Source: a virus (lineage: Duplodnaviria; Caudoviricetes). From it: a stretch of DNA of 31,642 bases. This document shows, piece by piece, positions 24,291 to 31,642 of the stretch. Under the pieces are notes generated by a model. The model was given only the letters and a program-made list of their open reading frames with translations. It was not told the DNA's origin and made no database searches. The stretch spans positions 1 through 31,642 of the IMG/VR virus record IMGVR_UViG_3300038674_000185; one strand, given 5' to 3'. Position 1 is the stretch's first letter; each line of letters opens with the position of its first letter. The position numbers were made by a program, and so were the translations under genes.

Positions 24291-27200
24291 ATGGCGCATA
24301 CTTTTGACGCAAAACTCCGAATCCCGGTAACGGCGAACACCACTACGACCGCCAACCCGGCTACCGCATCGTTTACGTGCGGGGCCGGGTGTACGGTATT
24401 GGTGATGGGGATTATCGTCGGGAGCACTACGGCCAGGACGGGAGGCGCCCCGACATATAACGGGGTTGCCCTTACGCAGGCCGGAACCACGCGCACGTCT
24501 ACCGAGACTAACGTTGAATGCTGGTATTTGCTTGACCCACCTACGGGTTCGGCGCTCACAGTAAGCATCCCTAACGCTGGCGGGTTGAGCCTTGATATAT
24601 GCGTCGTGAGTTTTAAGGCTCAATCTGGATACAAATCACTCCTAGATGTTGCAAGAGGTGGGACCGGTGACGGTATTTCGACATCATATTATGACGTGAC
24701 TACCACTGCAAATGGGGATGCAATATTTGCAGTATGTGGTAGCGGGGCCAATACGTGGGCACCGATAGATCGCTCCGGGGTGAAGGTCTACGACAACGAT
24801 AACGGGGCGTGGGGTGGCGGGAGTCAATACGTATTACAAGCCACCGCTGGCACATGTCAGATATCTTGGGATTTTTCAACATCATATTATTGGGCGGTTG
24901 CGATTGCTGCTTTCAAGGAAGTAGCCGTTCAAACCACATCCCTCCAAGTCGTTTGGTCCATACTAGAGGAAAAATCTGTAACGGCGTCCTCGTGGAAAGT
25001 CGTCTCTGAGCAATCCAAATCGTCATCTTGGATTGTGGGTGCTGAATCCTCGTGCCAGCCCTCTTGGAAAATATACTCCGAACAATCTAAATTGACGGGG
25101 TGGGGAATCCTGTCAGATGTCCAAACTATATCGTCATGGAAAAACTACGCAAGCCCTGAGTTATTGTCGTCGTGGCTGATGCTGACCGAAAAGTCCATGC
25201 AAACTGCATGGGGGGTGGTAAAAGAGCTACAACTCGTCTCTTCTTGGAGCGAGGTATCAACATTAGATTTGTCCCTGTCGTGGCGGAACACCACGAGCAT
25301 TAGTCTCAACACGGGATGGGCATTATCCGGCCAATTAACTCTATCATCCTCATCTCGTGTAATAACCGATCAAAGCCGCAGTACGGCCTGGCTGATAGCT
25401 ACAGAGCAATCCAAAGCATCGTCCTGGGCGGTAACGAAAGAATCTCAGGCTTCTAGTGCCTGGAAGATGTTCAATGAAGCCCCGCTCGCTTCGGGATGGG
25501 GTATCGTTAAAGAAATTTCCATCGGCTTTGCATGGAAAACGATTGCAGAGCAAAGCGCCCAAACGGGATGGAACCTCCTTGTTACGCAAGGACAGGATTT
25601 AACTTGGAATATCCTTGGAATAACCTATGCGTCGGTTTCGGCATCATGGAGAGTAATTGCTGAATCAGTCAAGGATATATCGTGGTCTACGCTTTCACAG
25701 CAATCAATTCCGTCATCGTGGGCTATCACTGCTGAAAGGTCGATAAGTTCATCCTGGACGGTAATAAATGCAGGACAGATCCTCGTTGACCTGTCCTGGA
25801 ATATAATTGCTGAAACCGGCCAGCAATCCGCGTGGTCCGTTCTAAAGCAAACCTCCGCTCCTGTCATGTCATGGGCTGTCCTGCGCGATAATTCATTAGG
25901 TGCGGCCTGGCGGATACTGGTCGAGCAATCAAAATCATCTGGATGGGGGATTCTCAGGGAGGCGTCCAAAGGGTCATCGTGGGCTGTTTTTGGTGAATCG
26001 TCAACGTCGTGCTCATGGCTTATAGTCAACGAACGCATCACCTCTTCTCAGTGGGTGATCCTCGACAGTTCAAAGGTTTCCCTCCCTCTGTCATGGGCCA
26101 TCATGCAGGGTGGCATGATTGAATGTTCCTGGCACGATCAGAGTGATTTCTCGACCAGCACAAAATGGAATATTCTCAAGGAATCAACGGCGTCTCCTGC
26201 ATGGGCCATCCTTGATACAACAAAAGCCGTAAGTTCGTTAGATTGGTCGATCCTTGGCACTAATTCCGTATCCCAGTCATGGCGCATCCTCACTGATTTC
26301 GCTGCTTCGGATACATGGTATGTGCTCGCTCAGTCATCGCTGCCTACCGCATGGGGAATCATTAACACAACCGATTTGAGCCGCCAATTGGGGTGGGGGA
26401 TTCTGGCTCAAGATGGGTTCAATTCCGATTGGCAGGTTTTCAATTCATCTCGGATGCGCTCTTCATGGGGGGTTCTGACCGAAGATCCTTGCACCATGTC
26501 ATGGCGCGATATAGCAGAGATCATGGGCGGGATTTCGTGGAGGATGACAGGGGAAACCACGGAGCCGGAATCCATCGGAATCGACTTTGCCTCCCTTCTG
26601 CCTCCGTCCATTGCCTATGATCCAGGAATCATGGCCGCTGCCGGCGGGTCGAGTGCGGCTTTTACCGACACGAGGAACCTTATCCCCGAGGCGGTTCTGT
26701 ATGCCCGCATTGACGAGCTTTCATCCGACGCTCTCGACCATATCGCTTGGGGATTCCACATTGACGGGTGGGAATTTGCGGAAACAATTGAGCGTAAACG
26801 GGCTTTCGTAAAGCTCTTTTTCGACTTTCACCGCTACAAGGGCACGGCCTACGGGCTTCGCCTCTATTGGCGGGCGCTCATCAATCGGCTGGTGCTCAAG
26901 ATCGACCCCCCCGGCAAATCATTCCTCGGTGTCTCTATGACACAGGAGGAGCGCGAACGGTTTGAGGGGGTGCATCCTGAGGTGAGAGTCTATCCTTTTC
27001 GGCACTCGGGAGCGAAAGGGAGTTTCTTTTGTGGCGATTGCACGGGAGACCCTCGAGAAGACTACGGGGTCTATCCGGCCAGGACAGAAGCACTCCTTAG
27101 AATCGGAGACCGGGTGACAGTGTACGATCCTCAGCTTGACGAGGAAACGGAGATCAACCGCTTTGAATACGACACTGAGTACGTGACGCAAAAGGCCACG

Positions 27201-27896
27201 GACACCATAGAGATACGAAAGCCCGGAAACGAGTCCGCCGGCGGGATCTTCCTCGGGCGATACCTGGAGGGCGAGACGATGAACACGGGGGCGTCGGCGC
27301 GGCTCTTCTCACTCACGTTTGATCGGGAGTACGAAACAGAGCTTGAACGCCGGACCCCGCTTTCAATCCAGCCGTCCTTGACGCCATTCCGAACGACATA
27401 CGAGACGGAAACAGAGGATGGGGTCGCGGTGGGCATCCATCTCGGCAACAGGTATCCCGACGACTACCCGGAGACGGGCGGCTCTTGCATTGGACAGCAC
27501 TTCCCTGTGGCGTCCAACGCAGCAGAGCGGATCTACAAGAAGCTCAAGCTATTCGATCCTGACCGGGTGCCAGGGTCGATGTCAACTGGCAGAATGACCT
27601 ATTTGGGTGCTTTCCGCATCGGGCAACAACTCCCGCACACGGCACGGGTTGCGGTTGACATGCAGGGGAAGCGCATTCCTGGGGCTCAATTTGTCTCGGG
27701 ATATTTGAGAGGCAGGCACCTCTGCAAATCGGACGCGGAAACACGCATTGAGCAAATGCGGCACGTGGGGAAAATGGCTAAACGCGCATCGGATAAGGTT
27801 TTGGTGTCTATACATAATCGGTACGAAATAACAACAAGCTCAGGTCTCCTGACCGGGACCAAAAAATGCGGACAAATCGAATTGGAGGTAATTTAA
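24291..27896 (+). CDS. fusion protein: N-terminal beta-sandwich-like domain + Trp-periodic repeat + P2 gpI-like baseplate/tail protein
   Basis: gpI motifs LLPPSI, IDELSSDALDHIAW and HRYKGT start only after about residue 765. Confidence 0.8.
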   Translation: MAHTFDAKLRIPVTANTTTTANPATASFTCGAGCTVLVMGIIVGSTTARTGGAPTYNGVALTQAGTTRTSTETNVECWYLLDPPTGSALTVSIPNAGGLSLDICVVSFKAQSGYKSLLDVARGGTGDGISTSYYDVTTTANGDAIFAVCGSGANTWAPIDRSGVKVYDNDNGAWGGGSQYVLQATAGTCQISWDFSTSYYWAVAIAAFKEVAVQTTSLQVVWSILEEKSVTASSWKVVSEQSKSSSWIVGAESSCQPSWKIYSEQSKLTGWGILSDVQTISSWKNYASPELLSSWLMLTEKSMQTAWGVVKELQLVSSWSEVSTLDLSLSWRNTTSISLNTGWALSGQLTLSSSSRVITDQSRSTAWLIATEQSKASSWAVTKESQASSAWKMFNEAPLASGWGIVKEISIGFAWKTIAEQSAQTGWNLLVTQGQDLTWNILGITYASVSASWRVIAESVKDISWSTLSQQSIPSSWAITAERSISSSWTVINAGQILVDLSWNIIAETGQQSAWSVLKQTSAPVMSWAVLRDNSLGAAWRILVEQSKSSGWGILREASKGSSWAVFGESSTSCSWLIVNERITSSQWVILDSSKVSLPLSWAIMQGGMIECSWHDQSDFSTSTKWNILKESTASPAWAILDTTKAVSSLDWSILGTNSVSQSWRILTDFAASDTWYVLAQSSLPTAWGIINTTDLSRQLGWGILAQDGFNSDWQVFNSSRMRSSWGVLTEDPCTMSWRDIAEIMGGISWRMTGETTEPESIGIDFASLLPPSIAYDPGIMAAAGGSSAAFTDTRNLIPEAVLYARIDELSSDALDHIAWGFHIDGWEFAETIERKRAFVKLFFDFHRYKGTAYGLRLYWRALINRLVLKIDPPGKSFLGVSMTQEERERFEGVHPEVRVYPFRHSGAKGSFFCGDCTGDPREDYGVYPARTEALLRIGDRVTVYDPQLDEETEINRFEYDTEYVTQKATDTIEIRKPGNESAGGIFLGRYLEGETMNTGASARLFSLTFDREYETELERRTPLSIQPSLTPFRTTYETETEDGVAVGIHLGNRYPDDYPETGGSCIGQHFPVASNAAERIYKKLKLFDPDRVPGSMSTGRMTYLGAFRIGQQLPHTARVAVDMQGKRIPGAQFVSGYLRGRHLCKSDAETRIEQMRHVGKMAKRASDKVLVSIHNRYEITTSSGLLTGTKKCGQIELEVI
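24954..26540 (+). repeat. about 44 degenerate ~12-aa repeats (W-x-[IV]-x-x-E-x-S-x-x-x-S)
   Basis: 43 Trp counted, mostly at 12-residue spacing (occasionally 13-14). Confidence 0.9.
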
Positions 27897-30152
27897 ATGG
27901 AGCGTAAAGTCATATTTAGGGACCGGCAGGAATTTCAAGCGGCGGACGTGAATAATGTCCAGACATTTACGGATCAGATGTTCCAGCATATTATCACGGA
28001 CGCTATCACCGGAGAGCGTCAGATTGTCGGTCTCCAGGTAACAGCCAAGAGTGCGACTGAAATTGAAATCGCCCTCGGGCGCCTGTGGGAAGGCACGACC
28101 GGGAAGATTTACCGGCTTGACGAAGCACAAGTCCTGTCTGTGTTTTCATACCTTCCGATTACCGATAAAAAGTATCTCGCCATTTCGGTCTTTGGTCAGG
28201 AGTCGGACACCGACATCCAGCCGCGTGACTTCCTGGTTGACCTTCAGACCGGGCAGACAGAGCCTCAAGCCGTGGCAATGGAAACGCGACGGAACGTGGT
28301 CACGCAGATCACTGCCGGGCTTGAGTCCACCGATCCACAAAGGCCGGAACCTCCGACCGGATACACGGTTATCGCCTATGTAAAGCTTGGGACCTCCGGG
28401 ATCGAAAGTATTGAACTTGCCGACAACAAGCAGTTGCGAAGTCTTTTTACCGTCAATTCCCGCCTCACTATCGTGGAGGATTGGAAAGATCTTGTAGATC
28501 CGCGCATCGCAACTCTTGCAAGCGATGTGGCGAACCTTGCCCGCCGGATCGGCGGGCTTGCCTATATGGACATGCTCAAGGAAATGGCCGGAGATCTTGC
28601 GCTTCTCAAGGAGAAATCCGATCTGCCCGATACCTACGCGAGCTATGGCGCAGATTATTTTCTTGATGCTGACGAATCCGACACCGAGAATGTCAACTAC
28701 TATGCCAGAATCGATGAGGGACTGCGTTTTCCCTTCGCCGGACAGACAGAGCAGCAACTCGCACTCTTCAACCCCTACGAGACCGCGGTCAAGCAGCACA
28801 CTGGGTTTATAATCCCTGCTTACAACGAGATAGTTCGGCTCTCAACTTCCGGGTACGCCGGGAATCTTTCCATTTCGCAGTATCAATACCAGACACAGAC
28901 CATCAAACAGGGAACCATTACCCGCTTCCGTGTTCGTTACGGTCCAACCCGGTGGTGTGCTTCCGTAGTTTCCATGTGGCTTTCCAAAAATTATGACCCG
29001 ATCACGCGAATCTTTCAGAAGGACGGCGAAACCTTCATTATTAATGAGAACTGGAAGACTCTTCCGTGGTGGCCGAAACATTACTGGCATCGGTGGCCCC
29101 ATTTCTGGATTGACCGGATGGATGTTCCTTATTGGTACGTTGACGCCACTACAACGAATATTTCCGGGTCCCAGATTGCTCAGACCTTCCTGAATTCGCA
29201 AAACGGATGGTTAACGAAAATTGGACTATTCTTCGAGGGGATCGACACAAACGGAATCGTTTATCTTCACCTTTGCGAAACGGAAAACGGGCTGCCGGTG
29301 ATTGAAAGATGCATCGGGACCGCGAATGTTGCCGCTGAAAGTCTGAACGCATATCCTGCGGAAACGGCTTTCGCTTTTCCTCAACCTGTATTCCTCGAAG
29401 CGGGAAAACGCTACGCCCTGGTCGTCACCACGGCGGGAGATCATAATATTGTTGTGGTCAGCGGCACCGAATACACTCAGGGGACGCTGTTTTACAGCAT
29501 GGACGGTCAATATTATCAGGGCGATTACACAAAAGACCTGATGATGAAGTTCTATTATGCCCAGTTCAAAAACCCACGCACGACCGTGGAATTGACACCT
29601 ATTTCTCTGTCGGACGGCATAGCGGATTTCGATATCCTGGCTCAAGCGGTGATCCCGGAATCGACTGAGCTCATCTATGAGTATCAGAAAAACGGCGTAT
29701 GGTACCCAATCGAATCGGACAGCGCGGAACAGTTGACCGGACTGCCGGCCATGGTTGCCCTCCGTGCGGTATTTGTAGGCTCCCAGGATCTGATGCCTGG
29801 ACTTACTTTAACCGGCTCCAGGCTCCAGGCAAACAGGCCGGCAACGTCATTTACCTACTATTCGACCATGCAAACTCTCGGGGCAGCTTCGACATCCATT
29901 GACGTGACCGTGCTACTGGAAAACTGGGATGCTGCAAAGCATACCTGCCAGGTCCAGATCCTGCCGAATGGAGGTTCGCTAACGGACGAGGACAGCCATG
30001 TGGATGTTGTGGTGGGAACTGATTCGATCAAGCGGACGGCAACCTTCACACCTGATCCTGGGATCACTCAATTCCAGATCGTTATCAACGGCACCACCAC
30101 GACGGCGCTTGATATTTTCCATGTCGCAAATCGCATTTACATCGCTCAGTGA
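27897..30152 (+). CDS. baseplate/tail-fibre proximal structural protein (751 aa)
   Basis: GGAGGT RBS; long beta-rich ORF after gpI; assigned by synteny only. Confidence 0.65.
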   Translation: MERKVIFRDRQEFQAADVNNVQTFTDQMFQHIITDAITGERQIVGLQVTAKSATEIEIALGRLWEGTTGKIYRLDEAQVLSVFSYLPITDKKYLAISVFGQESDTDIQPRDFLVDLQTGQTEPQAVAMETRRNVVTQITAGLESTDPQRPEPPTGYTVIAYVKLGTSGIESIELADNKQLRSLFTVNSRLTIVEDWKDLVDPRIATLASDVANLARRIGGLAYMDMLKEMAGDLALLKEKSDLPDTYASYGADYFLDADESDTENVNYYARIDEGLRFPFAGQTEQQLALFNPYETAVKQHTGFIIPAYNEIVRLSTSGYAGNLSISQYQYQTQTIKQGTITRFRVRYGPTRWCASVVSMWLSKNYDPITRIFQKDGETFIINENWKTLPWWPKHYWHRWPHFWIDRMDVPYWYVDATTTNISGSQIAQTFLNSQNGWLTKIGLFFEGIDTNGIVYLHLCETENGLPVIERCIGTANVAAESLNAYPAETAFAFPQPVFLEAGKRYALVVTTAGDHNIVVVSGTEYTQGTLFYSMDGQYYQGDYTKDLMMKFYYAQFKNPRTTVELTPISLSDGIADFDILAQAVIPESTELIYEYQKNGVWYPIESDSAEQLTGLPAMVALRAVFVGSQDLMPGLTLTGSRLQANRPATSFTYYSTMQTLGAASTSIDVTVLLENWDAAKHTCQVQILPNGGSLTDEDSHVDVVVGTDSIKRTATFTPDPGITQFQIVINGTTTTALDIFHVANRIYIAQ

Positions 30153-30167
30153 TTGAGAGGAACTGAT

Positions 30168-31334
30168 ATGGCGAGAAACCTAGAATTTTACCGGTTCAGG
30201 GAGGGGGTGACTCCCCTTTCCGAAAAGGAGCTGAACGCCAGGTTCTTCGACCTGGATGGGCGGCTGAATGTCCTTGAACAGCTCCAGATCTCCTGGGAGG
30301 CCTCCGTTGCCGCCCTGAATAATCTTGGCATCGAGAAAATGAACGCCCTGATTTTCCCCATCATTACCGAGGCCAACTCGGTTTTGGAAGATCTCAATGA
30401 ACTTCGAGGTGATCTCGAGGAGTGGTTCGAAAGCGGAACAATTGGCGGGGATGTGGTCGTGTTCGAGCCTCCGGCGGGCATGACGGCGACCAATGTGCAG
30501 GACGCACTTGAAGAACTGGATGCCAGGGCGACAGCACTTTCCGGTTCGCTGGCTTCACTGACCGATAGGGTTGCGTCAATCGAGGCCTGGCAAACGACCC
30601 ACACTCATACACAGTCTCAGATTACGGATCTCTCGCACGATGCGGTGAAAATCAGAGGCAGGAACGTTTCGGCCGCTGTTCCGACAAATAATCAGGCGCT
30701 CTCATGGGACAGTGCCAATGCCGTATGGACCCCCAAAACGCTCGAGGGCGGCGTTGGTTCGGGGCTGACCGTATTCACCTCAAGCGGGTCCTTTAACGTT
30801 ACCACTTCCACCGTGATTGTTGAGGTCGTGGGTGGCGGAGGTGGAGGCGGGCGCAGCGATTATGATCAATGTGGCTGTGGTGGGGGAGCCGGCGGATATT
30901 CCAAGAAGATCGTTACAGGGTTGACTCCAGGAAACGTTATTTCTGTAACGGTCGGCGCGGGAGGCGCGAAGGCCACCGGCAGCGGGACTTCAGGCAGCGC
31001 CGGAGGTACAAGCTCATTTGGTGCTTACGTATCGGCCGCCGGTGGTTCGGGAGGGTCAACCTCCGTCACGGGTGCGGTAACCGGCGGGGCTGGTTCCGGA
31101 GGAAACATCAACATCACCGGCGGATATGGCAAGTCCTGGTATTCCGTTGACACGTACGGGGGCAATTATTACAGTGTCTCCGAGGGCGGAAATTCTCAGA
31201 TGGGGCAGGGTGGAGTGAGGGCCAAGCAAGGCGGCACTCATAATCCCACCGGTTACGGAGCTGGTGGGTACGGTGGCACTTCCGGTGTTGCAGCGTCGGA
31301 TGGAACCCCGGGGATCGTTATTGTTCATTATTAG
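30168..31334 (+). CDS. tail fibre/receptor-binding protein with C-terminal glycine-rich domain
   Basis: ATNVQDALEEL, THTHTQSQITDL, VGGGGGGG...GGGAGGY and GIVIVHY motifs. Confidence 0.75.
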   Translation: MARNLEFYRFREGVTPLSEKELNARFFDLDGRLNVLEQLQISWEASVAALNNLGIEKMNALIFPIITEANSVLEDLNELRGDLEEWFESGTIGGDVVVFEPPAGMTATNVQDALEELDARATALSGSLASLTDRVASIEAWQTTHTHTQSQITDLSHDAVKIRGRNVSAAVPTNNQALSWDSANAVWTPKTLEGGVGSGLTVFTSSGSFNVTTSTVIVEVVGGGGGGGRSDYDQCGCGGGAGGYSKKIVTGLTPGNVISVTVGAGGAKATGSGTSGSAGGTSSFGAYVSAAGGSGGSTSVTGAVTGGAGSGGNINITGGYGKSWYSVDTYGGNYYSVSEGGNSQMGQGGVRAKQGGTHNPTGYGAGGYGGTSGVAASDGTPGIVIVHY

Positions 31335-31544
31335 GCAAACTCATGGGTATAAAAATCACTCCAGATGGGCATATCTTGTCAGGTCCTCTTCTCGTGCAGC
31401 AAGGCGTTCCTGGTGCGCAGGCTGTCTTCGGCGCTTCCGGCAAAGACTGTGATCCTGGAGGTGTGAGGGGTAAAAATGTGGGTGCAAATTGGTCGCAAAA
31501 AGCACCCAAAACACAATTGATTTGCTGAGATTTGCGGAGATAAC

Positions 31545-31578
31545 AAAAAAAGGGGAAGTGAGCAAATAAGCCACTTCC
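31545..31578 (-). terminator. intrinsic terminator for a convergent gene entering from the right
   Basis: GGAAGTG...CACTTCC stem followed by a T7 run on the minus strand. Confidence 0.5.
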
Positions 31579-31642
31579 GTTCTCACCCTACAGGCTTGAG
31601 TCCATAGAGCTGTTTTGCCGTTGCCGCCTTCACTGCCCGGTC

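Larger units (their letters stand above)
2876..31334 (+). mobile_element. prophage/phage morphogenesis module (Mu/P2-hybrid myovirus)
   Basis: contiguous head, neck, contractile tail, lysis, packaging and baseplate genes. Confidence 0.95.

Noticed and set aside
24954-26540. CRISPR array or DGR variable/template repeat
   Set aside because: The periodicity is at protein level with degenerate DNA; no identical repeats with spacers, no adenine-specific repeat pair and no reverse transcriptase were seen.
2876-31334. Tailocin, eCIS or transposable Mu phage
   Set aside because: Capsid, portal and terminase are present, so it is not a tailocin or eCIS; no transposase is in the window and TerL is PBSX-like.
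31537-31585. Third attC-like site (AGATAAC...GTTCTC)
   Set aside because: It lacks symmetric spacers and extrahelical bases and fits a minus-strand terminator.
31343-31642. Short ORFs, att site or integrase 3' end at the right edge
   Set aside because: Only about 19 codons of a possible minus-strand gene are visible, and there is no partner repeat or tRNA to support an att call.

Overview
Prophage/phage segment encoding an almost complete contractile-tailed (myovirus) virion module of Mu/P2 hybrid type. It contains a Mu gpI-like protease/scaffold, decoration protein, lambda-E-type major capsid, neck proteins, sheath, an inserted lysis cassette, tube, frameshifting tail chaperone, tape measure and P2-like X/D/V/U/W. 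The packaging block (HGG-STG TerS, PBSX-type TerL, DUF935 portal, Mu gpF) is displaced into the tail region and is followed by baseplate J, a gpI fused to a long Trp-repeat, and distal tail/fibre genes. No integrase, transposase or replication gene is visible. The most notable signals are outside the structural genes. (1) Two integron attC-like sites flank a 666-bp cassette with an 11-bp core/inverse-core match; it carries its own promoter, a very acidic small protein and an RHH regulator (acr-aca-like layout). (2) Two more leftward small-gene islands share a near-identical promoter/leader. (3) A T10 run could fuse portal to gpF by -1 slippage. (4) Two late promoters share a 16-bp box. (5) The first 2.8 kb is a mosaic of truncated phage genes. 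Product calls come from motif recognition and synteny only; no database searches were run.
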